A DNA stretch of 64,000 nt, taken from assembly GCA_964016885.1 (NCBI GenBank), contig OZ024743.1:296732001-296796000 (forward strand), read 5' to 3'. A model generated the notes under the pieces. The model ran no database searches. It was given only the letters and a program-made list of their open reading frames with translations, and was not told the DNA's origin. Positions 1-13,720 of the stretch are shown in pieces. The translations under genes were made by a program, and so were the position numbers. The first letter of the stretch is position 1. The number at the start of each line of letters is the position of its first letter. This DNA comes from Eledone cirrhosa (Eukaryota).

Positions 1-194
1 TTATTTTAGTTCTTTAATTGTTTAAATAGCCAAATAGTTAATTAAATGACTAACTAACAAATAAAAAAAATAATAAGTATGTAGACATATTGCTTATCAT
101 AATAAAGTAAACTACATCTAATTGTATCTATTTTGTTGAGCTTTCCAGAAATATGCATTTATTAATTGATTTTGTTAATAATGTTAATTTTCAG

Positions 195-420
195 ACACTG
201 CTCACAGCCTGTTTGGTCAAGCCACTTCTTTAGTATGTCACCAATTGATGTCTTCTTGGAAGACTGATCTGAACACAGCACTGGCAGCAATGGAACTTTT
301 GTCAGGTCTTGCCAAAGTTCGAGTGAAACCACCTAACCAAGGAATGAGTAAGAGAACAGTAAAGTGGATATGTGATTTTATCATGTATCAGTGTAGTCGA
401 CCACCAACAGCACATTCAAG
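195..420 (+). CDS. RALGAPB: RALGAPB internal coding exon A (gene starts upstream of the window)
   Basis: tttcag|...|gtaagt; TAHSLFGQATSLVCHQLMSSWKTDLNTALAAMELLSGLAKV...YQCSRPPTAHS resembles the remembered human RALGAPB segment LAALELLSGLAKV...YQCSRPAPLHS. Confidence 0.95.
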
Positions 421-1086
421 GTAAGTGGGTTATAGTTGTTTATTTTGTTGATATAAAATATTCTTTTTTTAAATTTAGAATCCATAAAAACACATATAAA
501 AGAAATATTTTTAAAAAAATGGAAAGGGCTATGCCCATATCCTTCACAACAACAGGACATAAACAAATACACACACAACATGCGACCATGGAAATAGACT
601 TTAAACAGGGATATATATATATATATATAGGTGGATTCTTGATGTATATCGGGAGGTGACTACAGTTAAAAAAGGTACGTAATACATTAGTAGGGTATAG
701 GCATATTTATTATATTATAGAAATGACATCTATAGGACTAGAACTCTTTCATTCCTAAGAAATCATCAGGAAAGTCCAATGATGATTTCTTACGAAGTAA
801 GTCATTTCTATAATAAAATAAAATATATATTTATCTATACACACAATGTCTTTCTTATAGTTTCTGCCTACCAACTTCACTTAAAAGCATTGATTAGCTC
901 AAGTCTATAGTAGAAGATATACATGGTGTCACTCAGTAGAATAGATGCAAAATAAATTTCTTAACTACACAGCCATATCTATGTGATGTGTATGTGCCAA
1001 AATATTGACATTGTAAAATATAATCTTATAAAAAAAGTTATTTTTATGTATTAAATAAAATATATATCCATCTATTGTATCTTCAG

Positions 1087-1228
1087 AGACCTTCACTCTA
1101 GAATTGTTGCAGCTTTTAAGTGCCTCAAGCTGTGGCTTGTTGAGCATAGTAGCCTGCTCTATGATAAAGAATGCCTACATAATGTCCTAGAAGTTGTGGA
1201 GCTTGGGATTTCTGGTTCTAAATCTCAG
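1087..1228 (+). CDS. RALGAPB: RALGAPB exon B
   Basis: cttcag|...|gtaaac; [21 protein letters not shown]...[15 protein letters not shown]; phase-2 join with exon A. Confidence 0.95.
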
Positions 1229-1620
1229 GTAAACTTTTATATATATACTACTCATGTCACATAACGTGTTCTTCTCGATTACATTTGTCATCTTCCATTT
1301 CTCTTTCGTCATCTTCCATTTGCCTTCCCTCCCACTTCCATAGCCATGTAGACCAAACAAAACACTGCAGCACAAATATGTTGTAACTGTTAACTTAATA
1401 TCTATCACAATAACCACTACTACTCCTAATACAGTTGTTATGTACGGCAAATGGAATACAAAGCTGGAGCATTCCTAAAGATGAATATGAACCTACCATC
1501 CATCTCTGGACTACTATGCTAACGCTCTTCTTTATTTCAGACATGGAAAACCAACACCAACTCATCTCTCTCACCTCCCACTCCCCACCAAGTTTTCATC
1601 TTCTTCCTCTCACTTAGGGA

Positions 1621-3080
1621 GTGAACTCCCTAACTTCAGAGCTGGCACCATCAATGTAGGCACAATGAAAGGAAGATATGGAGAGGTTGTAAGGATGCTT
1701 GAACGGAAGAAAATTGATGTGTGCTGTGTACAACAGATTAGATAGAGGGGAATGTCAGCTAAATTTTGTGTCGGAAAAAGACAATGTTACAAATCTTTCT
1801 TGGTGGGAAATGACAACGGGCTGGGTGGAGTAGGGATTTTGGTAGCAGAAAAAGGGGTTGGCAAGGTAATTGCTATAAATAGAGGGAATGACAGAATCAT
1901 TAAATTTAAACTTTCACTAAATAGAACAACCATGACAATTATATCTGCATATGCAGCTCAATCTGGACTTCCAGATGTACAAAAAAAGACAGGTTCTATG
2001 AGTCTCTAATGCACACTACTTCCCCAAAAAGAGACTGGCTTCATAATCATTGCAGGCATCTTTAATAGGCATGTTGGGCAACACTGCGATGGCTTCGACC
2101 CAGAGGTTATTGGTTTGATGCTAGAAATTAGGAAGGTTTCAGGCTCCTGGAATTCTGTGATTCTAATGACCTATCTATCTGTAAGACAAACTTCAAAAAA
2201 TGAGACAACCACTTAATCAGCTATAGATCAGGTGAGCACACCTGCCAGATAGATTTTATTCTTATCAGAAGACAAGACAGAGTGACGGTTGTAAACACAA
2301 AGTCCCTCCCAACATAACCTAATAGTTAGTGACTTTATGTTTAGGGCTAGAAGAACTCAACAAATGAAGCTTCCATGCTTCGAGGGATGTGTAATAGTAA
2401 TATACATGAACGACAATGCATAAATGAACTGAGAGGGAAATTGGCATGAGAGGAATCAGAATCAGTGTGCAAGAGAGGAGATTGCGTTGGTATGGACATG
2501 TGTATATGAAGGATGACAGCTGTATAAAAAGGTGCAGAGTACTCAAATTTGATGGAAGCTATGGAGTAGGAAGACCTAGGAAGGCTTGTGATGGTAATAA
2601 AAGCTGACCTTGCACAATTGCACCACTTAAAGGCAGTGACACAGGACTGTGATCTCTGACATTATGTAGTAATACCCAAGATCTGCCTTTCCATGTGCAT
2701 GGGTTTAGGCATACATCTAGTATTCACTACCGTCCTCTCTATCACCCCTTCCACCACGTAACACCCCACCTCTCACCCATGCCCCTAGATCTACCTCCCC
2801 AAGTCCTCAATTTACACAGTAAAGTGGTCGTTTTAGTACCATGACAAAAAGGGCCCAGTCCAAACTAATGAGGTTGTGTAGTTGTCGCAACAAAAAGCAC
2901 CCAGTACACACTCTAAATATTCTAGGCATTAGGAATGACATCCAACCATGTAGAAACCAAGCTAAAATCAGTTCAGTATGAGCAAGTCACAGTCATCTGA
3001 CCTGGCTTGTCTCACAATGTGACAGCTCATCTAACCCATGCTAGCATGGAAAATGTACGTTAAATGGTGACAATAATGAT
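1621..3080 (+). mobile_element. decayed, internally deleted RTE-clade LINE (APE endonuclease joined to C-terminus and 3' tail)
   Basis: GTINVGTMKGR...GGVGILVAEK...ISAYAAQ endonuclease motifs, then RRLRWYGH...GRPRK and a tail ending cccatgctagcatggaaa; many frameshifts. Confidence 0.85.
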
Positions 3081-4987
3081 CTTTGACTGTATCAAGAAAG
3101 ACCATAATTAGCCCAATGTTATGAAATGTGAATAAAAAGAAACCATAGTGGTATTAAACTTTATTTCAAAAGTAATACATAAGCAATTCATGTAAATGTG
3201 TATTTATTTATTTATATATATTATTAATACTAGCACGCTATTGCTGTAAGCCCACCCTGTACATGTACATATATTTATACGTGTTTATATGTGTAAAATC
3301 ATTCCAAGCAAAAATGACAGTATGTTCTTCATAAACAGTTTGAAAAACTGTTGCTTCAGAAAAATCTTTTGTTGCTTATCTATCAGCAAGATATTTAAGA
3401 TATTTTAATATGACTTCATTCTCGGGCTGTAGATTGACAGAATCAGTTGAAGGATGCACAAATCTGTCATGCAGTATTTAATTATCTCCCTTTATATTCA
3501 AATTCTCTTGGAGTTGGTTTTTGCCGTTCATCTTTCTGGGGTTGATATAATCAGCCTTTAATTAAGAATGAAGTAACATTAAGCCGAATATCATAAGTTA
3601 AAAAGAAATATTGTGTTTGTGGCTCCTAACACAATAACAAACGTTTTAACCTATTTCGTTACGACATTTCTAATGAAAGACTCTGCTTAAGATTTTCAAA
3701 TAATCAAGAATTTGGAGAGATTTACTAATATAACAACTAACTTATTATTTTGATCATAACTTCACAGAAGTCTTTACATAAAATTATGATGGAAGGGTTT
3801 TTAGATAAATATAAACACTAGAACCATGGGTGGTTTCAGACACTTTGGCAATTTTTCCTTCTAAAGTAAAGGTTAGCTTTGCAGACTCCATGACAAGTTT
3901 TTTTACCACCAGATGCTCCTCATGGCACCAACCTTTACAACATGCAGGGATACAGTGCACCTGTTTTAAACTAGATTTACACCCTAATTTAAAGCTCCGA
4001 AATGTTATCATAATCTCTCTATTGGATAACAGTTGGTTAAGTGTTAAATACACTAGTCTGCTTGCTGGTTGTGAGTTCAATCCCTGGAGAGATGGGCTAC
4101 ACTGGAACTGTACCTTCACGACCCTGGATAAAATAGTTTAGGTGAAACAACCAAGCAACATTACAAGTAACTAATTAATGCGAGGACACCCTGGGTATAG
4201 CAAACAGAATGAGGTGGTTTAAATTATTTAGTTCAAAATATTGAGAACATCACTAAACATAACTGGCACATGAGAACGGTTGGAGGTTACAACAGCTGAA
4301 ATATTGTGATTATAATAATCAAGGTGAAGACTAGTCTGAATAAATCTATTGATAAAATAAATAGCATTGATATATTTGACTACATTCCTTCCACAAAATG
4401 TGTAGTCCTCTGCCTGAATTTGTCTCCCTTTCTTTCTAATAGAAGTCAAGATTTTAAATCAAAATACATTTTTCAAACATTTTTCATTGTTTTATTTTTG
4501 TTTCTTTTACTTCTTTTTTTTATTTGTTATCGGAAAATTAAATTCTAAAAGATTATACTAAGGTTTTTTTAAATAGTAAATATTTATACACCATACAGTG
4601 TGTTTTAAAAAAATCTAAGATAAATTCAAGTTTATAAGTCTTGCTGTGAAAATTTAAACATATGTGAAAAACATTGTTATTCTTTTCACAGAAAAACGTG
4701 TTTCATGGCTGTTCATCACTAGACAAGTACTTTTGTCCTCCATGAAGAGAACTATAGTCAAATGATATCTATATTAAACATAAATTAGGACATAATGTGC
4801 ATTTATTAAATGATAAATATTTATGCACAACATAGCATGCATTAAAAAATCCAATGCAGATGTAACAACAGTTTATAAGCCTCACTATTAAAACTTAAAT
4901 AAATGTTTGTTATTCTCTCCATACATAGAAAATCATTTTTATGTGTATGAAGAGAATAACAAAATCTTTTTCACATTTGTCTAAGTT

Positions 4988-5217
4988 TTAACCCTTTTGT
5001 TACTAACCTGGCCAAAACTGTCTCTGATTCTATGAAATAAAATCACCCATTTTAAAGGTTTCTAATTTAAATTAAAATCTTCCAACATAATTTTATTTAA
5101 GAACCTTAAGGTACTAACTTAATAATTAAATAATAATTTTAGTAAATCCATCAAATTTCTTCATTAATTAATTGAAATAGTGTGTACTTCATTAAAATAT
5201 AGTCATGAAAGAGTTAA
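4988..5217. mobile_element. TTAA-flanked piggyBac-type MITE, family A (other copies near 3646-3860, 9906-10145, 31586-31873, 32186-32460, 34950-35140, 47005-47554)
   Basis: TTAA|CCCTTT ... AAAGAG|TTAA ends; shared AT-rich body recurs through the window. Confidence 0.7.
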
Positions 5218-5523
5218 TAGTGAGGCTCTTAAACTGTAATTGTACTTGCAGCAAATTTATTTTAGATTTTTTGAACATTTTTGTTTTTGTTACTGAATTA
5301 TTACACTGTATAATTCAAGAGAGTTACAGTTCTTGGAGAAACTGATTTGGTGAAATATTTAGTGTGGGGTTTAGTAAGAATGAGACACAGTAGGGAAGAT
5401 AGGTATTTCATGATAAATTTTTTCCATCTTTAAAATAGAGGCAGCATGTTTAAAATTTCTAGATACATCATAAACCCTTTTTTTTTTTCCTTTCCAATTA
5501 TCAACTATTCTTGCTTGTTGTAG

Positions 5524-5592
5524 CATATATTGTATTTAGATGAAATCTCAATTTCTGGAAAATCTACAACCAATGAAGCAGCTTTAGAGCCT
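5524..5592 (+). CDS. RALGAPB: candidate alternative RALGAPB exon (69 nt, phase 0-0)
   Basis: polypyrimidine tract + tgtag acceptor, gtaagt donor, open frame HILYLDEISISGKSTTNEAALEP; no homology support. Confidence 0.5.
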
Positions 5593-5881
5593 GTAAGTAT
5601 GGAGGGCGCCGCTGCCGCCGATAACATTGCTTCAACCAAACCTGTTCTTTCGTTCAATCCTGTTTACAAAATTGTGTTAGAGTTTTTTTTTGTTTTTTTT
5701 TTATTCTTCACTGAGTTCGAAACACACCTTTCCCATCTTGACCTTACCTTGTTTTATTTTTCTTGTTTTTGTTCTGTTAATTCTCCATTTTTATTTTTAT
5801 TGTTTTGTTTTTTTCAACTTCAAAAGAAAAACAACTCCATATCATCTCCTCTGTTTGTATTTCATTGTTGTTAAATTTCAG

Positions 5882-5962
5882 GATAAAGAGGATGACTCAC
5901 AGACTGTAAAAACTAAAGTAGAGAAGGAGTCCAAATCTTCTTCATCTTCTTCGGCATTGAAG
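5882..5962 (+). CDS. RALGAPB: candidate alternative RALGAPB exon (81 nt, phase 0-0)
   Basis: tttcag acceptor, aag|gtagtc donor, purine-rich coding-like DKEDDSQTVKTKVEKESKSSSSSSALK. Confidence 0.55.
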
Positions 5963-6250
5963 GTAGTCTCAGCTGGTTTTCTTGACACTGATTCTCAATT
6001 TCCAGCTATTTTACTACGCCTGCACTTTTTTTTTTTTTGTAATAATCTACATCTATATGTGTGTCATGTAAATATGTGTATATTAGATGTGGTGTAACTA
6101 TATACAGACACACATACATACAAACACCCATTTAGAAAATAGGATGGTTTCTGTGTTGGATATGATTATAAAATATGTGTGCTTTCCTTCAATATAGATC
6201 AACCAAAATTCGCTTACTTACAACAGCTCTATCTCTAATTTTTATTGCAG

Positions 6251-6286
6251 TCCTTCCTCCCAAATGGCATTTATGATTTTACAGAT
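6251..6286 (+). CDS. RALGAPB: weak candidate RALGAPB microexon (36 nt, phase 0-0)
   Basis: ctctaat branch-like site + tttattgcag acceptor, gttggt donor, SFLPNGIYDFTD. Confidence 0.25.
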
Positions 6287-9109
6287 GTTGGTTTTTAGTA
6301 ATAGATGAAATATCTGTATGAAATGTTTGATGTTTTCATTTTAAGAAAACAAAATAATAGCAAATATCTCCTCGTTAATTCATATACTATTTTCATTTTG
6401 TATATGTGTTTGTGTGTTTTCTCCATATAAATCCTATATATATGTCAGGGTTTATTATATCAATAATATAGTTTACTTAGTCTGTTTAGAGGCTCATCAG
6501 GCTGGGGATTGTCTCGGTTTCTTTGGTGTGTTAAGTAACTAATAGAACTGGGCTTCTCCTTTGGACAGAATGTCGGTCCACCACAAGATTAATCTCCAGC
6601 TGCCGTTGCTGTTGGTATTCATTATTAATTGAGTGAATTGAAGCAACATGAAATAAAGAACCAAACTCAAGGACACAATGCACTGCTCAGTCCAGAGATT
6701 GAACCCATGACCTTACAATCAGGGGCTCAACTCTTTAACCAATATATATATAATATTTTGATCAATCAACAAGATTCCAGGTCCCATTTGCTTACCAATT
6801 GGGGTGGAGCTCATCAAATCGAACTAAGGAAACAATGTTTCCATTGGTCTCTCTATTGCTGATACTATCTACTGATCTCAACTCTTGGTAGAAGGAACAT
6901 CATGAAATAAAGTGTCTTGCTCGAAAACATAATGCATTGCCCAGTCTGGGAATCAAACTTGCAACCTCATGATTGCAAATCCAATTTTCTAACCACTAGG
7001 CCATATATACTAAGCAGAATATACTTTGGTAGCAACTTTATATTGACTATATTTACAACCTCTCTGGCTTTGGATAAATGGCTGACCACTTAGTGTTTAT
7101 TGGGTGCAAATTTCCATACATTATTTGGGGTGGAGGGTTTCGTTTCTTCTTAAGTTACTTTCAACTCACCTTTGAAACTTCAGAATAAACTTAAAGTATT
7201 GGTAAAAAAAATCAGGAGAATTTTATTTTGATTTCTACAGACATGACTGTGTGGTTAAGGAGTTTGTTTCACAACTACATAGTTTAGGGTTCAGTCCCAC
7301 TGTGTGGGACTTTGTTTAAATGACTTCTATTATAGTCCCAGGTGGGGAATTGGTGGAAATTCTAAAGGACAGAATGCTTTGTAGTGTTGGTTCCTGCTCT
7401 GTACATTCTGAGTTTAAATTCCACCCCTTGTCTTTGGTCAAGTAATGACGCTTCTAACAGAAGTTTTGGCTGGAAGATAGTATCAACAATGAAAAGACCA
7501 ATAGAAACACAGCTTCCTTGGTCTGATCTAATAATTGACTTCTTTCCTTATATTGGAATATATTATCTAATTGTATAGATGGGGTTGAGGCAGTGAATTG
7601 GCATTCAATAGAAAGTCAGGTAGAATGCTTTTTGGTTTTCGTTCTGGGTTCCTGTGCTCTGAGTTCAAAAATCACTGAGCTCAACTTTGTCTTTCATCCA
7701 TTCGAGTTTAATTGAAAAAAAGTACCAATTTGATACTGGAGTCAATTCTTCCTCTGACTTTCTCTCTCCTTCTATAGAAGAAATTGGTTGTGTTCTGACT
7801 TGGAAAGGAAATGGACTCTGTCGGGTTTAAAATGCCAAAGACAAATTGTATGTTACTAATGTGCTCCTATTAATCCATCAGGAGTTACAATTCTATACAT
7901 TGATAGGATTATGATAGATGGATTAAAAACAAACAACTGAAATTAATTTCTTGGAAGTTTAATAATGCTATGTTACCATGGGCTCTTCCTGCTGGTATTT
8001 AGATGCTTCTTCTAATTGCTATCTTTTTAAATACAAGCCTGTCTTGCTATTGCTAAACTCCAGTACTTCATTTGAGTATTGCTTCAATATATAATTAAAA
8101 TTAATAATTAATATAAGCTAATAACCTTGCAGTGGATAAACTCATTAAAACAATAATGTACTACTAATAATAACCTTATTAAAGTATTTCTTGAACCAGG
8201 AGATTCATCTGGCAGTTTATCTCAGTTTCATGTGGCATTAAATGACTGAGAGTACAAGATTCCTCCATAGATAGTTATTGTTGTTTTGTATATGCTTAAA
8301 CTGGAAGATAGGGCAGTGTCAATCATGACCTTCACAGGCCTTACTAAAACTGGTGAGAATAATATGGTTGATGTTCAATTTAAGCATATATGAATCAATA
8401 TCTGCAGTAAAAAGAAATGTAAGCAAGAAGGCAATTCCATAGGGCTCACATTATATGAAGTAAGTTATGGTCTTTCTTGACCCGAGAGGCTCATCGGGCC
8501 AGATGTTATCCAGTTTTCATGGGTTGCAAATCTGTTGCAAGGTTAAGCTGCCCTACTTCTCCTACTGCTTATACTCATTTTCAAATGAGTGAACTTGAGC
8601 AGGATGAAATGAAATATCTTGCTTAAGAACAAAATGCACTGTCAAATCCAGGAATTGAACCCATGACCTTATGATTAGGAGACCAACATCTTCACCACTA
8701 GGTTATATGCTTTCACATACTGTTTGTTGATCTGGAGGTAACTAAATGTGGCAGGAGCAGTACATACAGTATATATTAGAGCTCCAGCCATCCAGCTTAT
8801 ACAATATCCAAAGTTGCTTCATCTCAACAAAGATAGTCAAAGCAACATGCATTGTTTTCAGTTCATAAGATGGGAGTTAAAACTGAACTACATACAGACT
8901 TGCAAACTCCTGAAATGATATTGGTGACATGATAATATTCTTGAATATCATGTTACACCAATGTCCAGGTTTCATAATATATGACTGAGTTACAGATCTA
9001 TACTTGTCCATCTCTTAGGGAACAAGAGAATTAAATATGGAACTATGTGAATACCAACAGTGGATATATATTAGCCAATATGCTAGCTCAGACTTGAAAC
9101 AAAATCATG

Positions 9110-9111
<2 letters not shown>

Positions 9112-9197
<86 letters not shown>

Positions 9198-9198
9198 A
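9112..9198. repeat. (TA)n microsatellite of about 35 units followed by (TG)n; many shorter (TA)n, (CA)n, (GA)n, (ATC)n and (AAT)n tracts elsewhere
   Basis: read directly. Confidence 0.95.
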
Positions 9199-10173
9199 TA
9201 AGTATATGAATGTATAATTAATTTTGGTAAGTTCAGTGAACAACCAGCTCACTTTGCTGAAAAATTATAACTATGTAGTAAGAAACTGAATATATAAAAT
9301 TATATAGAAGGTATGTATGTGTATAGACACAGAAAAAACTGAATAGTTTAGAAGTTTACTTCCCAATCAAGAGGTAGTAGGTTCAATCCTACTGGGTGAT
9401 ATGGGCAAGTGTCCTTACCTTAAGTGTTTGTTACCTTAAACCCTGGGTTGGTCCATGTCTTGTGAGTAAAATTGGGTAGGCATAAACTGTCTGAAAGCAC
9501 ATCAAATGAATTGTACCTATAATTCAAAATGCTAACATTTTCATACAATGTGCCACACTGATTCCAACTGAGAATTAATTTATGGGTACACATGTCTGTG
9601 AAATACTCAGCCACTTAGCACACTTGTTCAATGGCTAGTTCATTCAGTTGCTCTAATATTAAAGTTGCTTCAAGTTGGCTGTAGCTTAGGAGAAGTGAAG
9701 CATAAACCGGACTGTACTAGTTAGGGTAGAGCTACTTAGGATAGTACTACTTGGACATAAGGCAGAGCTTCGTCAACTTTGATTGGGTTGATTTTGAGAG
9801 ACCTAACCTGAAACTCCTAATGACTCCCAGGTAACATCACTAAGAGTGTGTCCTGGTGTGTTACAAGATAATATTTAAACAAAAAAAAATATGTATGTTT
9901 GGAATTTAACTCTTTACATACTAAACTAATCTTAGTTCTATGATATGTTTAAAATGTCTATTTTTTAATTAAAATCTTCCATCATAATTTGTATAAGAAC
10001 ATTTTGTTAGATTGTGTTCCAAACACCAACTTAATGGTAATGTTAGTAATTTTACTAATTTTCTTCAAAATTGTTAATTATTTTTGGGAAATTGAAAATA
10101 TATAGACTGTATATTTTGTTAGAAATATGGTCAAAAATGAGTTTGGTTTTTTTTAATACATACATATATATAT

Positions 10174-10219
<46 letters not shown>

Positions 10220-10430
10220 CATTTGATATCAGACTTTATCTTGGTATATTATTTCAGGAAAAAGGATTAAGTACATTATATTATTGGAAATTTAAAAGAC
10301 TAGCTGTGTATCCGTAATTTCCTAACATTTCATATTATATGGCCCCTACATTCATTGCTGTGTCACACTAAGTTGTCTAAAGAAGTTGCTCATTGTCATT
10401 ACTTTGATGTTACATACCCTATATCTCATC

Positions 10431-10916
10431 TTAACCCTTTCATTACCAACCTGCTTGTTTCTATGGTACAAAACATTGTTTTGAAATGTTCACATTTAAA
10501 TTAAAACATTCCTACATAATTTTGTGAAAGAAATTTTATTGAAATTATGTTCTAAACATGGAATTAATAATGACAAAGTTATTTTAGTAATCATTACCAA
10601 TTTCTTGATTATTTTCAAAATTAGTTAAAAGCTATAATGTATTTTGTTAAAAATATGATCACCAGTGATTACCATATTTTTAATGAAAGACACTGCAAAT
10701 GATTTTCAAACATTTTGAAAATTACCAAGAATTTGGGGGAATATTCAGTAATATAGCTAACTTTCTCATTATTATTCTGGTGTTAGGAACATAAAGTTTC
10801 TTACATAAAATCAGGATGGAAGGTATTTAGATAAATATAAACATTTAAAAATAAAGAGTTTTATATCACAGGACCATGGGGGTGAGATTCAGGTGGTTTG
10901 GTATCAAAAGGGTTAA
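10431..10916. mobile_element. two family-A MITE copies joined in inverted orientation
   Basis: outer ends TTAACCCTTTCATTACCAA and TTGGTATCAAAAGGGTTAA; the halves are reverse-complement related about 10665. Confidence 0.65.
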
Positions 10917-11419
10917 ACTCCCAGTACTGTTTCATTTTCTTTTCTCTTTTTTTTTCATCAGTATTTGTGCATAATTTGAAACTGTTGTGTTCAGACTAAG
11001 AAATTGATTGCTTTTTCTACTAATAAATTAGCATGTTTTTTGGTTTTTTTGACAACTCTCAAGATATCTCTTCATGTCACATTAAGTTTTTTTATACACG
11101 TGACAAAGCTGAAGGGCACACCTTCAAACACAGCCACACAAACATTGCTACAATTAAACTAATTCTGTTTAAAGGCACCATGTTTTAGAAATGATCTTTT
11201 TCACAGCATTACTGCATCCAAAGTGAATTTGAATTGATGCATGCTGCAAAAGTTATATATTCCAATGAAATCTACAATTTACATATATATATAATATATA
11301 ATGATATACTATAATATATAATGAAATTATTGTGTAAAGTGCTCAGGTGCACTACAACTCGTCAAAGGTGCACGTATAGTACATAGAATAATACACAAAT
11401 GTCAGGGAAGTGAATAGTG

Positions 11420-11453
<34 letters not shown>

Positions 11454-13720
11454 TACTGTATATATTTGAATATAAGCCAATGTCCTACTTATGCTAGTGT
11501 GGAAGATGGATGTTAAATGATGATGATGAAGAAGCTATTTTATGTCAGAGAAATGGGCAAAAATCCAAACCTTCTGTATAAGTTGAGGCAGATAATCAAC
11601 ACATTATGTTTTGATAGTGCAGTTTTGAAATTCTCATGTGTGGAGAATATATTTATGAAGTTTTATTATTTTGATATTTAAAATATTTTAAGTGTCATTT
11701 AGAGAATAGTTTCACAACTCCATTACATAATGATTTTTTACCATTTCATCTGTTTTATAAAGTTTTAACAAGTTTCTCGATTTTTCCTTTACATCTGGCT
11801 ACTCAAATGCTGGAAGTATTTTGCTTCCTTTTTTATTAGGGAACAATAATAGTACCATTTCCCAAATGTAACATATTTTTATTTAATATATACATCAAAT
11901 GAAATTCATGCCTTTAAAACCTGGAAACAATTTAACGTCATACAAGTATTTGAGCTTTAAGTAGATTTTTACAATTACATACATCTCACCCAGCATACCC
12001 TCACTCAGTTAACTAAAATTTTTATATTTAAGATGGGTGTAATTTTGAAGAAAAATACTTTTTCTTTATTAGTTCATTAATACACTCAATTCAATTTTTT
12101 TTTTTTTTTAACCCATGTAAAATTAGCCAGATTATTACTTGAGAATCACTAAAATTTAATATATTATTAGTGTATCCTTTTACCCATAGAGATATATTTT
12201 GAGTTTAAGGTATTAATTTTTCAATTTTCTTTATGGAGATCATTGAAAACACTAGGGAGACATTTAAGATTAAATTTTTGTCATATTTCTCGGCTTATAT
12301 ACGAATATATATGGTGTGTGTGTGTATGTGTATATATTTATATATATGTCTGTGTATAGACATCATTCAGTACGCTCAGTATATATCTATATATGAAAGT
12401 TGGTACACTTTGTAAAGTGATTGGCAATTTGAAATTATGCTACATTATGCATAGAACATGACAAGCTGTCCAGTATTAGTTACATAGTAAAATGCACCCA
12501 GTACACTCTGTAAAGTGGTTGATGTTAAAAAGGGCATCTAGCTGTTGAAACCATGCAAAAGGATCCAGAGACATTATCCAAAACAGAGAGGAACCTCTTT
12601 TGGGATTTCACCATATTTCTATATCTACTCTGCACCAGAACATGTATTGAGTTCTATCCTGATTAATGATCTTCCTCACCCCTAAACTGTGGATGCATCA
12701 TAATTGATTACTAACATTAATTAGACCTGGTAAAGAATGAACAGGATTACTCAATGAAATTTAAGGTACAGGAATCTTGTAAGACATGTTGTGTGTTGTG
12801 TTGGAACTCTGTTGGTTCCAACAAGTGTTCCAATTATTCAAACAATGGAACTGCCTGCTCATAAAGTTATTGTGCAAGTGATTGAGATACACAGATACAT
12901 GCACTCTTAACAGAATTATCAGGGAGATTCAGCATGACACAGTGTGTACCAGCTGAATGGACTGAAGGAATGTGAAATAAATTGTCTTGCCTGATGGCAT
13001 GTACTGCCAGGAATTGAACTCTTGACATTAAAATCATGACCCAAACACCCTAACCACTAAGCTACATTGTAGAAATATCTTTCACCAACAAATGTAAGCA
13101 AAAGCAATTGCTACCAAGGAGAAAATGTTTTGAAAATAACCTTTCAAATAAAAATGCACTGTATTTGTTTCACCCGAGATGAACAGGCAATCCCTTGTCA
13201 TTATTGCAATTACAATAAACCATTGTTTGACCCCTTGGAAACCTGTAATCAATAATGCTAATGCTTACCAGATGCAGTATTTCATGAAATTAAACGCCCA
13301 TCTCTATAAAAGCTACTTCATAAGCTAGGAAATTTTTAGTGTAAGCAGTTTAAATCTTAACATCTAAATATTGTTTGGTAATTCAAATGTTTATAGTATC
13401 TATACTAGTGGACAGATCATTATGAAAATTTGCAGCATTAGAATAAAAGCTTCAATTTCTAATGCAAGAAAGTCAGTGCTGTTTTATACTCTTCAAGAGT
13501 GTCTTGATAATATGGTTTCATTTAGTACATGAAAGATATTAAGAGTTAAAATCATACACAATTCAACTCTATTAAATCATGGGACATCAAATAATTTGTC
13601 TGGTCTAAAAATGAACAATATCATACACAATCCCATACTCAAATATATGTATCATAAATATTACACAATCCTTTTACTTGAATCTAATTTCAAAAGTTTT
13701 CAATTAAAACATTATTAATA

